From IMG/VR virus record IMGVR_UViG_3300021431_000092, positions 1 through 64,000 of that record: DNA of 64,000 bases. One strand, written 5' to 3'. The notes below the pieces were generated by a model that searched no databases, had not been told where the DNA came from, and worked only from the letters and a program-made list of their open reading frames with translations. Both the position numbers and the translations under genes were made by a program. Shown in pieces: positions 10,187-20,149 of the stretch (position 1 is its first letter; each line of letters starts with the position of its first letter). Source of the DNA: a virus (lineage: Duplodnaviria > Caudoviricetes).

Positions 10187-10336
10187 GCTAACGGAGCTAC
10201 GCACGCCTCTGTGCCGTTGCATGCGTACCAAGCGTAGCCATTTAATGCACATCACAGCGGCATCATTATTCTCCTAAAATGATACATAAATTAGGAGAAT
10301 AAGAGTGTTTAGGAGTATTTTTAGGAGGTGGGAACG

Positions 10337-11362
10337 ATGCCTAGAAAAACGAAAATGAATAGGGGGCTTACTTCCCCCGATTTGATAGCAAAAGTAAATC
10401 CTGATAATATTCAATTAAAAGAAGATTTTCTTGAATATTTGAAGTCAATCCAGCGTAGTCCACTCACAATAAACGGATACGCAAATGACCTCGACATCTT
10501 CTTTTGCTGGGTTCTTGAGAACGCAGACAATAAGGCGTTCGTAAAGATTACTAAAAGAGAGCTCGTCAGGTTTCAGAACTGGCTATGTAATGACAATGAA
10601 AACGGCTCCGCAAGAGTTCGTAGAATCAAATCTGCAATAAGTAGTCTAAGCAATTATGTTGAGAATATTCTTGATACAGAAGAGGAGTTCAAAGATTTTC
10701 GATCAATAGTTAGGAAGATTGAGAGCCCTGCGATGCAGCCTGTCAGAGAAAAAACTATCCTGACAGACGATCAGGTTGATATGTTGCTGAGCACCCTTAC
10801 TGAAAAGGGAAGGTATGAGCAGGCGTGTCTCGTTGCGCTTGAAATGTTCTCTGGTAGACGAAAAGCAGAGCTTCCGAGATTTAGAGTTAGCGATTTTGAT
10901 GACGACAAACTCGTGTGCGATGGAGCGCTTTATAAGAGCGATCCTATAAAAACAAAAGGTCGCGGACTCGGTAAATATATCCCATGCTATACATTAGCTA
11001 AGAACTTCAAGCCGTATCTCGATAAGTGGATGTCGTATCGAGCGGAACATAATATCGAGAGCGAATGGCTGTTTCCTGACATTAATAATCCTAGTGAGCC
11101 GATTAGTATAACAACAATGAATTCATGGGCGAATACGTTTAGTAGAATTCTTGGTGTCAATTTTTACCACCATGCCGCAAGACACAGATTTACAACTTAT
11201 CTTGTTAAATCAGGAATCCCTGATAGCGTGATAGCGGAAATTGTTGGATGGTCTTCTGTTGATCTTGTAAAAGTATATACAGACATCGACGCTGACGAGC
11301 AGATCGGAGCGTATTTTAAGAACGGTGAGATAAACACTGAAAAGAAAGACTCACTGTTCTAA
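10337..11362 (+). CDS. Tyrosine recombinase (Xer/integrase family)
   Basis: SAM-like N-domain; SGRRKAEL (R), KTKG (K), HHAARH (HxxR), VGW, VY catalytic Tyr. Confidence 0.9.
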   Translation: MPRKTKMNRGLTSPDLIAKVNPDNIQLKEDFLEYLKSIQRSPLTINGYANDLDIFFCWVLENADNKAFVKITKRELVRFQNWLCNDNENGSARVRRIKSAISSLSNYVENILDTEEEFKDFRSIVRKIESPAMQPVREKTILTDDQVDMLLSTLTEKGRYEQACLVALEMFSGRRKAELPRFRVSDFDDDKLVCDGALYKSDPIKTKGRGLGKYIPCYTLAKNFKPYLDKWMSYRAEHNIESEWLFPDINNPSEPISITTMNSWANTFSRILGVNFYHHAARHRFTTYLVKSGIPDSVIAEIVGWSSVDLVKVYTDIDADEQIGAYFKNGEINTEKKDSLF

Positions 11363-11387
11363 TATTTTGTGATAAAGGAGAATTTTT

Positions 11388-12107
11388 GTGAATAAGGCAG
11401 AACTAATTAAGCGGACATTTGATTATATGATTAAAAATGATATCCGTAAGCCAGTTGTTATGCCAAAACACTCATTCACCATTACAGACGATGAAGGTCA
11501 CAGTAAGGTGTTTTCCGTAAAAAGAAAAGATAAGGAGATGCACTACACACTTAACGATATTAAGAATGTGCTCACTGTGGCGGTTGATGTTATGGTTGAT
11601 GCTGTTGCTAGAGGCGAAGAAGTTGCTGTTCCTAAGCTTGGAGTAATCAGTGCAAAGTATAGGGCAGAGCATAAGGTTCGTATTCAGGGGTCTATGAAAT
11701 GGCGTACAATTCCGGGGCATTATCTCCCAAAAATCAACTTTTCTAAAGCTATGAAGGACGCAGCCAGAATATACGAGGCTTTTCTAATAGATATCGGAGA
11801 GGATCTCAAACCTGAGAAACCTAAGTATTCAGGAAAAGGCAGGCCGCCAAAAGATCAGCGCCCGAAGAGAACAATCAACGAGCTTATGGATGCTGAGGAG
11901 GCTAGAAAGAATGCACCTATCGCGGAGCTTCTGGAAGATCCTGATGATTTCTTTGACGTGCCGGATGAGTTTGATGAAGACGAGGATTTTGGTATGGATG
12001 ATGATTGCGAAGACGATCTGGTTTCGTCGGATGGTTCGCAAGAAGATATTGTTATTGAGGGGGAAGTCGACGAAGATTCGGATAAGGTGATGTCTGATGA
12101 GTATTGA
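11388..12107 (+). CDS. HU/IHF-like DNA-binding protein with AT-hook-like motif and long acidic tail
   Basis: MNKAELIK...DAVARGEEVAVPKLG...PKINFSKAMKDA HU pattern; GRPPK; D/E-rich C-terminus. Confidence 0.7.
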   Translation: MNKAELIKRTFDYMIKNDIRKPVVMPKHSFTITDDEGHSKVFSVKRKDKEMHYTLNDIKNVLTVAVDVMVDAVARGEEVAVPKLGVISAKYRAEHKVRIQGSMKWRTIPGHYLPKINFSKAMKDAARIYEAFLIDIGEDLKPEKPKYSGKGRPPKDQRPKRTINELMDAEEARKNAPIAELLEDPDDFFDVPDEFDEDEDFGMDDDCEDDLVSSDGSQEDIVIEGEVDEDSDKVMSDEY

Positions 12108-13158
12108 TATTGCATCTGCTGCTATTATATGTCCGAGATGCGGAACAGAGTATTCTACTCGTCGTGGTCACTTTCATGTATGTTACGCTCAGAATTATAA
12201 AGGTGTTGGCTTCTTACCGATATGTCATAAGTGTGTACAAACTATGTTCGATAAATACTTAGTTAAATGTACAGACCCAAAGATTGCGATGAGGCAAGTT
12301 TGCAGAAAGCTTGATTTGTACTGGGATGATGATATATACGAATATGTAAAGCGTAGAAGCGCAGCAAAGACGTTGGTTGTAGCATACTTAAAGAGGCTTA
12401 CGAATACAACATATGTTGGAAAGTCTTATGACGATACGTTGGAAATAGACGGTACTTTGTGGGATTTTACAACAGACGACGAGCGTAACGCAAGAAGACA
12501 ACAGGCGGAAGCGGATGCTGCTGCGGCTGCTGAGAATCCAGATGGTAACATCCCGCAAGAGACAATTGACTTTTGGGGGCCGAGTTACACGACGGACATG
12601 TACATTGAACTTGAGAAAAGAAGAATCTACTGGATGCGAAAGCTTAAATTTGATGACGGTGCTGAGCTTGATGCTGGAACGGAGGCTCTTATCAGACAGA
12701 TTTGTAGTCTTGAGATTGATATTAACAAGGAGAGAGCCGAAGGAAAGACGCCTGATAAGCTGATTACTGCATTAAATACGCTTCTTGGAAGCGCCCAATT
12801 GAAGCCGGATCAGAGAAAGGACGATATTTCCAAAGCCGACGCAAGCACACCGTTTGGTGTATGGATAAAGCGTTGGGAGAATGAACGTCCAATTCCGGAA
12901 GTGGATCCTTCTATGAAGGATGTTGATGGAATCAAGAAATATATTGCAACGTGGTTTCATGGGCACCTTGCGAAGATGCTCGGCCTGAAAAAAGCTGAGC
13001 TTAAGTTGTACGAGGATGAAATTGCTCGTCTTAGAGTCGAGCGTCCGGAGTATGATGATGAGGACGATGAAGATCTTATAAACGACTTCTTCTCAGAGTT
13101 CGATTCGGCAGATCAACCGCCAGTTGGTGGTGATGAGGATGACGCAGACGAAGAATGA
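12097..13158 (+). CDS. YonG-like protein upstream of terL (candidate terminase small subunit), with N-terminal Cys motifs
   Basis: 353 aa; CPRC and CHKC motifs; overlaps the terL start. Confidence 0.55.
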   Translation: MSIDIASAAIICPRCGTEYSTRRGHFHVCYAQNYKGVGFLPICHKCVQTMFDKYLVKCTDPKIAMRQVCRKLDLYWDDDIYEYVKRRSAAKTLVVAYLKRLTNTTYVGKSYDDTLEIDGTLWDFTTDDERNARRQQAEADAAAAAENPDGNIPQETIDFWGPSYTTDMYIELEKRRIYWMRKLKFDDGAELDAGTEALIRQICSLEIDINKERAEGKTPDKLITALNTLLGSAQLKPDQRKDDISKADASTPFGVWIKRWENERPIPEVDPSMKDVDGIKKYIATWFHGHLAKMLGLKKAELKLYEDEIARLRVERPEYDDEDDEDLINDFFSEFDSADQPPVGGDEDDADEE

Positions 13159-13318
13159 AAAGATGATGCGCGGCGTAGCTGAATGGTGTGCATTTTATCG
13201 GGAGAACATTCATAGGTTTGTCGCTGATTATCTACATGTAGAGCTAAAGCTTTTTCAAAAAATAATTTTGGTAGCAATGAATGTGTGTACAATAACAGTT
13301 TTTATTGCTACGAGAGGT
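13139..13318 (+). CDS. terL: Terminase large subunit, exon 1
   Basis: Ends FIATRG, the first half of Walker A; joining to exon 2 gives ATRG|IGKS and a 595-aa product. Confidence 0.88.
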
Positions 13319-13664
13319 TAATATATAGGGTTTGACGGATAGACACCGTCCACCTCTATTCATACAACGCCCCAGAACTAAAACGGGAAAGGTTTATCTA
13401 TGAAGACTTTTACGGCCTCTCCTCTCAGAAATGAGTGTCAATAAAACCGGGCAAAATCGGTGAACCCTAAACGTGTGTAGCATGGCAACACCGAGATAAC
13501 AAGCATAATTGCGCAAGGTATGCTTGCATTGTAACGCATAGTGGGTGAATAAATATAATCCCGCCACGAGTGTCCGGCTCCGTAGCTACGGATGAAAATA
13601 TATGCTGAACTTATAGGAAACTATAAGAACTGTAGGATAAAAAGCCTACAGGGTAACAAGATTG
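13319..13664 (+). mobile_element. Group I intron (346 nt, no ORF) in the terL Walker A
   Basis: Exon ends in U (AGAGGU) pairing with IGS GCCUCU near 13415; P7 GCAUA/UAUGC (gtaacgcata...atatgctga); P3 ccgggc/gtccgg; terminal G at 13664; splicing restores the frame. Confidence 0.9.
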
Positions 13665-15272
13665 ATCGGAAAGTCATATCTAAGCGCGATATTTTGTGTT
13701 TGCAGATGTATTCTATATCCGGGAACAAAGATATGTATTGCCTCTGGAACAAGAGGGCAGAGTTTGAATGTTTTTGAAAAAATAGACATGGAACTCAAAC
13801 AAAACTCTCCAGAACTAAGAGCAGAAATAGACGAGCGTCAGTCGAAGATCAATGGTACTGACGCTCGAATTGTATTCAAAAACGGATCGTTCATCAAGGT
13901 CGTAACTGCCGGTGATAGCGCCAGAGGTTCGAGAGCAAACATCCTTCTTTTGGATGAAGCTAGAATGATTCGCAAAGATGTTATCGATGCCGTCCTGAGA
14001 AAATTTCTCACGCAGAGACGAATGCCGAGATATGCAGAGCTATCAATGGAGCAGAGAATGGCAGAGTACGATAAGGAAAAGAATATGACGCTTTATCTTA
14101 CCTCAGCGTACTGGTCTGATTCTTGGATCTATCAAAAGTGTGTTGATACGTTCAAGGCGATGATGGTTGGCGGAAAGAACCAGTTTGTGTGCGGACTTCC
14201 GTATCAACTGTCTATCAAGGAGGGTCTTCTTGATAGAAATGCCGTAGAGGACGATATGGCCGAAAGTGACTTTAGCGAGATATTATTCTCGATGGAGTAT
14301 GAGGCATGTTTCTTCGGGGCTGGCGATGATTCGTTCTTTGATTACGCCACCGTATCAAAGTCGAGACATATCAAGTACCCAATGTTGCCGAATGAGACTG
14401 CTGCGTTACTTAATAACGCACAGCAAGTCAAGATTGAGGATAAGCATCCGGGTGAAATACGAATTTTATCTGCGGATATAGCTCTTATGTCTAGCAAGAA
14501 AAACGACAACGACGCAACAGCGTTGTTTGTTAATTCGATGCAGCCAACAAAGTCTGGCCGGTATATGAGAAATATTGTATACACAGAGGCTTTTGAAGGA
14601 GCACGAACCGAAGATCAGGCCTTGAAGATTAGAAAATATTTTGATGAATTCCTCTGTGATTATATCGTTCTTGATGCTCAGGGCGTTGGTGCTGGTGTAT
14701 ATGACGCTTTGTCAAGAGATATACTTGATCCTGAGACTGGCGAAATATATCCTGCGCTGTCATGTTGTAATAACGCAGAAATGGCGGCAAGATGTGTGAA
14801 TCCAAATGCACAAAAGGTAATATGGGCTATTAAGGCTAGTGCGCAGTTCAATTCGGAGTGCGCATTTTTGTTGCGCGATGGATTTAAGAGTGGAAGAATT
14901 CGTCTTCTTCAAAATGAGTACGACGCAGAGGAGCTTCTTGATTCTATCAAAGGTTATAAGAATTTATCACAGATGGCAAAGGTCAAAATACTTATGCCGT
15001 ATGTTGGCACAACATTACTGATTGACGAAATAGTCAAGTTGCAGTATGAAGATGCTGGCGGAGGAAAGGTTCGAGTGTTCGAGAGGTCGAACATGAGAAA
15101 AGATAGATACTCTAGTTTGTCATATAACTACTGGGTTTCTATACAGATTGAACAGCAGCAGGCGAAAAAGCAGGCGCTATATATCAGTAATGATATTGAT
15201 ATGTTTGCATTTCGTCAGCCGTCTGTGGGAAGGATGGTGAGTAGTGGATATGGATCAGAGAGATTTGGCTAA
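13665..15272 (+). CDS. terL: Terminase large subunit, exon 2 (YonF-like)
   Basis: IGKSYL, LLLDEAR Walker B, RNase H-like ILSADIA, and KDRYSS nuclease motif. Confidence 0.92.
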   Translation: MGKSYLSAIFCVCRCILYPGTKICIASGTRGQSLNVFEKIDMELKQNSPELRAEIDERQSKINGTDARIVFKNGSFIKVVTAGDSARGSRANILLLDEARMIRKDVIDAVLRKFLTQRRMPRYAELSMEQRMAEYDKEKNMTLYLTSAYWSDSWIYQKCVDTFKAMMVGGKNQFVCGLPYQLSIKEGLLDRNAVEDDMAESDFSEILFSMEYEACFFGAGDDSFFDYATVSKSRHIKYPMLPNETAALLNNAQQVKIEDKHPGEIRILSADIALMSSKKNDNDATALFVNSMQPTKSGRYMRNIVYTEAFEGARTEDQALKIRKYFDEFLCDYIVLDAQGVGAGVYDALSRDILDPETGEIYPALSCCNNAEMAARCVNPNAQKVIWAIKASAQFNSECAFLLRDGFKSGRIRLLQNEYDAEELLDSIKGYKNLSQMAKVKILMPYVGTTLLIDEIVKLQYEDAGGGKVRVFERSNMRKDRYSSLSYNYWVSIQIEQQQAKKQALYISNDIDMFAFRQPSVGRMVSSGYGSERFG

Positions 15273-16779
15273 TGCTAAGACAATTGATACTCCGAGTTCA
15301 GGGAGAATACTTCCTGTTGAGACGTTTTCTGTAGATCAGTATGCGAAAATGGCAAAGTTGGTCATGAGGGATCTAAATAACAAGTATGGTCAGTATATAT
15401 CTAATTTCTGCGGAAAGTACAGCAAGTGTGATATTGTTAAATTTATAGCTCATCCTGCGCAGTACGAAAAGGAACTCCGTCATGCAATTAGATATGTTTA
15501 TAATGCCAGCCCTCATTTTAGACGACTGGTAAAATACTTTGTCGGATTAAATGATCTTGCATATGTTGTTTCTCCATACAGAATTGACCCGAAGAAAGCC
15601 AGTAAGAGAATCGTAAGTATTAACTATCGAAACACACTTAACCAGCTTTCTATTATGTCAATTAAAACACAGTTCCCTAGAATCCTATCTGTATGTTTGC
15701 TTGAGGATGTTTTTTATGGAACAATGTGGATTAGCGAAGACACAATAACGATTCAACAGTTGCCAGCCGACTTTTGCGCGATTTCATCTATAGAAGGTAA
15801 TGTATGTAATGTGTCGTTTGATTTTAGTTACTTTGATACGAGAAAGGGGCGCTTAGTAAACTACCCGCCTGAGTTCGCAAGAAAGTACGACGAATACAGA
15901 GCAGACAAGAGGCATAACAGATGGATCGAGCTTGATTGCCCAACCTCGTTTGCGATTAAGTGCAATACGGATTGTCTTGAATATCCGATTCCGCCGTTTG
16001 CTGGAATTCTTCCTGAAATCTTTGATATTGATAGCTATAAGAAGCTGAAGATGGATGGAACTGAGCTTGATAATTATGCGATGATGGCGATGTTTATTCC
16101 ATACAAAGACGGCGTATGGGGGCTTGACTATCAGAAGGCCTATGAAATCTGGAAGAATCTTGATGATGTGCTTCCGGAACAGATTGGCTCTGTTCTTACT
16201 CCGATGGAACTTCAGAAGTTTAGTTTTGAGAAGTCTAGTACATCAGAAGCCGACACTGTTGCAGAGGCGGAAAAGAGTTTGTTTACTGCGGCTGGTGTGT
16301 CTAGTTTGCTCTTCAACAACGACAGAGCTTCAGCAAATGCGCTTCTTTTGTCAATTAAGGCAGATCAAGCGATAACATTTGAAGTTGTTAAGAGTATTGA
16401 AGATATGGTGAATAGATACATACACTCTCTGAAGTATGGAGAGAAATTTAAGGTAACATTCCTAGACTGTTCTCGTTTTAATCAAAAGGAACTTGGAGAT
16501 GCATACCTTAAGGCCGCTTCATACGGCCTCCCCACAATCTCTATGTACGCTGCGTCGCAAGGGCTTGGACAGGCGGAGCTTGATGCCATGAGCTATCTTG
16601 AAACAGAGGTTCTTGGTCTTCAGGATATGTTTAAGCCGATTGTAAGTTCCGCTCAGATGAGTAGCGATGAACGCGACGGGTCTGATCCAGATAGCGATGG
16701 AGAAAGTGGCGCACCAGAAAAGGACATCGGAGATCTTAGTGATTCCGGAGAACAGTCGCGTGAGCGACCCGGAGCATAA
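15250..16779 (+). CDS. Portal protein (YonE-like)
   Basis: About 510 aa directly after terL; acidic tail ending GAPEKD...; synteny. Confidence 0.75.
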   Translation: MDQRDLANAKTIDTPSSGRILPVETFSVDQYAKMAKLVMRDLNNKYGQYISNFCGKYSKCDIVKFIAHPAQYEKELRHAIRYVYNASPHFRRLVKYFVGLNDLAYVVSPYRIDPKKASKRIVSINYRNTLNQLSIMSIKTQFPRILSVCLLEDVFYGTMWISEDTITIQQLPADFCAISSIEGNVCNVSFDFSYFDTRKGRLVNYPPEFARKYDEYRADKRHNRWIELDCPTSFAIKCNTDCLEYPIPPFAGILPEIFDIDSYKKLKMDGTELDNYAMMAMFIPYKDGVWGLDYQKAYEIWKNLDDVLPEQIGSVLTPMELQKFSFEKSSTSEADTVAEAEKSLFTAAGVSSLLFNNDRASANALLLSIKADQAITFEVVKSIEDMVNRYIHSLKYGEKFKVTFLDCSRFNQKELGDAYLKAASYGLPTISMYAASQGLGQAELDAMSYLETEVLGLQDMFKPIVSSAQMSSDERDGSDPDSDGESGAPEKDIGDLSDSGEQSRERPGA

Positions 16780-16792
16780 AGAGGTGATAGTA

Positions 16793-16987
16793 ATGGATGA
16801 AAGATTTATTTATGTGTTCGACGAAGATTCTAAGGACAAGCTAGAACGATCCGGATATAAACTTATCGCCTCTCACAAAAAGGAAAGCACATATGTGTTC
16901 GCGAACAAACATTTCGACGACGAGAAGCAAATGAACTTTTCTTTGGATGGAATTTCGTACTTCCCGTCTAACAAGCTGACGTTTTAA
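16793..16987 (+). CDS. Small hypothetical phage protein (64 aa)
   Basis: GAGGTG RBS; MDERFIYVF...SNKLTF. Confidence 0.7.
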   Translation: MDERFIYVFDEDSKDKLERSGYKLIASHKKESTYVFANKHFDDEKQMNFSLDGISYFPSNKLTF

Positions 16988-16999
16988 GGTGGTGGTACT

Positions 17000-18625
17000 A
17001 TGGGCAAAACTATGAGTTTGTATTTCGATGCTGTTGGTTCCACCATCACAAATATCAAAGAGGTGAACCATTCATTTGCAACAGCGTCTTTGAAAGTGAT
17101 GTATACAGGAAAGAATCGCAACACATCCAACCTTGAGCATGACGTTGTGGTGGACGCTCTTCCGACACTGTATAACGTCCCGATCGTATGTAACTACGAT
17201 CCTGAAAATAGAGAGATTGGCGGTCACGATCTTGAAGTTTTTAAGGATGCAGACGGTAATCTGAGAGTGAGAAATAAGACTGTCCCGTGTGGTGTTGTTA
17301 CAGATCATACGAAGTTTTCTTTTGTGACGGAGAAAGATGAGAATGGCGTTGAGCACGAATATCTTGTTGCAGATGGCGTCGTTCTTTGGAAGCGTCAGGA
17401 TGTTTATGAGTATATTGTAAACGATCTTAATGGCGTGATCGCTCACTCTATGGAAATTGATGTAACGAGCGGCGATGAGAACGAAGAGACCGGTTATTAT
17501 GATGTGAAGTCATTTGAGTTCACGGCTCTTTGTCTACTCGGAGATGGACACACACCTTGTTTTGAAGGAAGTCAGCTACAGGTGTACTCCGACAAGTCTA
17601 TCAAGAGTGAAATATCTGAAATGATGGAAGAGCTCAAAGAATGTTATTCACTGATTGCATCCGCCGATAATGCGGTTGACAATAATAAAACAACAATGGA
17701 AGGAGGAGAAACGATGCACGACGAGAAACTGAAACTGCTTGAGGAGTATGGTCTCACAGAAGACTCTCTCGATTTCGAGATTGATGCCCTCACTGTTGAC
17801 GAGCTTCGTGCGAAGTTTGAAGAGATGAAATCTGCTGACACAGAGAATGTCTCCGAAGACTCTGCTGTTGCTGAGCCTGAAACTGCGGGCGAAACTGCTG
17901 CCGAAGGCGAAACGGCTGAGAATTTCGATCTGAATTCCAATGTTCGTGAAGCACTGCATGAAGCTGTATCTTCTGAGGTTGTCCATCACGAGTGGGGAGA
18001 TTGCCCGAAGTATTGGCTCACAGATTATGATGCCGAAAAGTCTGAGGTGTATGTAGAAGCAACGGAAGATTGGAAGCTGTATGGGTTCAAGTACAACATG
18101 GACGGCGACAATGCTGTTATTGATTGGGGTACAAAGACAAGAAAGAAGTATGCAATCGTAGATTACGAAGAAGGCGCAGATATGGCGTCTAGCGCTGGCG
18201 GCGTATTCTCTGTTATGTCGTCTGTTATTGAGGCGGCTACTAAAGAGAAGACAGAAGCTTCTGAAAAGTATGAGGAAATTTCCGCAAAGTACGACGAAAT
18301 GGAAGCTGAAATTTGTTCTCTGAGAGAATTCAAACTTCAGGCAGAAAGCGCAGAGCGCACAGAAAAGGCAAACGCAGTATTTGCACAGTTCACAGATCTT
18401 GCTGGTAATGAGGCTTTTGAAGCACTCAGAACTGCAATTGAAGAGGACAATCTGAAGTTCGACGCAGAAACAATCGAGGAAAAGTGTTATGCGATTAGAG
18501 GAAGACTTGGCACACATGCAAGCTTCTCTATGGAAAAGACGTCTCCGAAGATTGTAGTCGAAAAGGACACAGACGAAGCCGATATGCCCTATGGCGGCGT
18601 TGTAGAAAAGTATAAGGGCAGATAA
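17000..18625 (+). CDS. Prohead protease-scaffold protein (YonD-like)
   Basis: N-terminal protease-like domain (IGGH, HSMEI, FTALCLLG) followed by an acidic coiled coil; between portal and capsid genes. Confidence 0.75.
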   Translation: MGKTMSLYFDAVGSTITNIKEVNHSFATASLKVMYTGKNRNTSNLEHDVVVDALPTLYNVPIVCNYDPENREIGGHDLEVFKDADGNLRVRNKTVPCGVVTDHTKFSFVTEKDENGVEHEYLVADGVVLWKRQDVYEYIVNDLNGVIAHSMEIDVTSGDENEETGYYDVKSFEFTALCLLGDGHTPCFEGSQLQVYSDKSIKSEISEMMEELKECYSLIASADNAVDNNKTTMEGGETMHDEKLKLLEEYGLTEDSLDFEIDALTVDELRAKFEEMKSADTENVSEDSAVAEPETAGETAAEGETAENFDLNSNVREALHEAVSSEVVHHEWGDCPKYWLTDYDAEKSEVYVEATEDWKLYGFKYNMDGDNAVIDWGTKTRKKYAIVDYEEGADMASSAGGVFSVMSSVIEAATKEKTEASEKYEEISAKYDEMEAEICSLREFKLQAESAERTEKANAVFAQFTDLAGNEAFEALRTAIEEDNLKFDAETIEEKCYAIRGRLGTHASFSMEKTSPKIVVEKDTDEADMPYGGVVEKYKGR

Positions 18626-18648
18626 ATATTTGATAAGGAGGATTATAT

Positions 18649-19149
18649 ATGGCACACGCAGTAGTTCGTACCGACAAGATGTTCGGCACTGATAACCGTA
18701 CCGGCCTTGCTTCGGTAGAGTATTTTGTTTCTACCACTGCAACCGACATTGATAATGGTAATGTCGTTGTTGTTGGCGATCTGATTGATGGTGAACGCGA
18801 GATTTATAAGGCAACGGCTCCGGCTGCTAATACAGCAATCGAAAAGGTTGTTCTTATTGCAACTCCGGAGGTTAATTATTGCCCGAAGGAGTATCCGATT
18901 GAGAACTTCTACAACAAAGCAGGTAAGCCCGCACGCGGTTATTACCTCACCCATAACGCTATCTTCTCCGTCACTAAGGACGCACTTGATGGCGCTGCAA
19001 CACCGGCTGTTGGCAATATCGTTGAACTTAAGGCTGGCACAAAGCTGAACGTCGTTGCTTCCGCAACTTCTGGTTCTACCGTTGTTGGTAAGATCATCGC
19101 TATTGATACAGTTGGCCGCTTCACATTCTATGTGATTCAGGTAGACTAA
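18649..19149 (+). CDS. Head decoration / capsid-associated protein (YonC-like)
   Basis: Strong AAGGAGG RBS, highly biased codons, beta-rich 166 aa immediately before the capsid gene. Confidence 0.65.
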   Translation: MAHAVVRTDKMFGTDNRTGLASVEYFVSTTATDIDNGNVVVVGDLIDGEREIYKATAPAANTAIEKVVLIATPEVNYCPKEYPIENFYNKAGKPARGYYLTHNAIFSVTKDALDGAATPAVGNIVELKAGTKLNVVASATSGSTVVGKIIAIDTVGRFTFYVIQVD

Positions 19150-19179
19150 TTGAATCCAAAATGAAAGGTGGTAAAAATA

Positions 19180-20149
19180 ATGGCTATTGAGAATGTAAAT
19201 GAAATCATCAAGCTCGGCGTTGATTCCTATGTTGGTAAGGTCGAGAAGTATTCTAATGACGAAGCTCAGGACACTCTCCGTAAGGCTCTGATTGAGGCTA
19301 ACGGTGGTTCCACTATTATGGACGCTCGCGCACTCCGTGATGGCAAGTGCAATGGTGTATTCTCTATCGTTGAGCAGATCCTCGCAGCAACAGTCATCGA
19401 CTCCCTTGCGCAGTCTGACTTCTTCAATGCTCTGGTTGATTACCGTAATGTCGCCGCTGGCGATCAGATGCAGTTCGATGTTGAGGACGCAAACCTGTTT
19501 GTTGTTAGCAAGGCTGCTGATGGCACTCAGGCAATTCGTCGTCAGCGTCTTGTCGGCGAGCAGGTCGTTCCGATCGAAACATCCGTTCATATCATTCGTA
19601 TCTACGAAGAGCTGAGCAGAGTTCTTGCAGGTCGTGTTGATTTCAACAAGATGATCGACACTGTTACCCGCTCCTTTAATCAGGACATTCTGAATCAGGT
19701 TTATGATCTGTGGATTAATGCTACTCAGGCAGATCTTGGCGGCGCTGCATACTTCCCGGCAACCGGTAATACATACAGCGAAGCTACTCTGCTTACTCTG
19801 ATCGAGCATGTTGAAGCTGCTGCTGGCGGCGCTAAGTCCACAATCATCGGTACTAAGATGGCTCTCCGCAATCTTATTCCGAGCATTCAGGGTTGGGATC
19901 AGAAGAACGTCGTCGATGCTCAGGGTTACGTTGGTAAGTTCTATGGCTCTGACGTTATCGTCATCCCGCAGCGTCACAGAGTTGGCACCACAAACTTCGT
20001 GTTTGATGACAAGACTCTGCACATCGTTGCTGGCGCAGGCGCAGATTCCAAGCCGATTAAGTTCGTATACGAGGGCAATCCGCTCATCATCCATCGTGAC
20101 GCATCCCAGAACATGGATCTCACGCAGGAATTCGTATATGCTGAGAAGT
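19180..20149 (+). CDS. Major capsid protein, exon 1 (YonB-like)
   Basis: High-expression codon bias and position; spliced product 342 aa. Confidence 0.8.

Noticed and set aside
10187-10260. Possible structured ncRNA (GCTACGC/GCGTAGC stem)
   Set aside because: Only a short imperfect stem with no recognisable family.
13319-13664. terL, the head-tail gene and dnaE as frameshifted pseudogenes or intein-split genes
   Set aside because: Group I core elements and U/G boundaries restore conserved motifs exactly; no intein termini were found.
17648-20094. Long - strand ORFs (335 aa and 483 aa)
   Set aside because: Antisense shadows caused by the strong codon bias of the scaffold and capsid genes.
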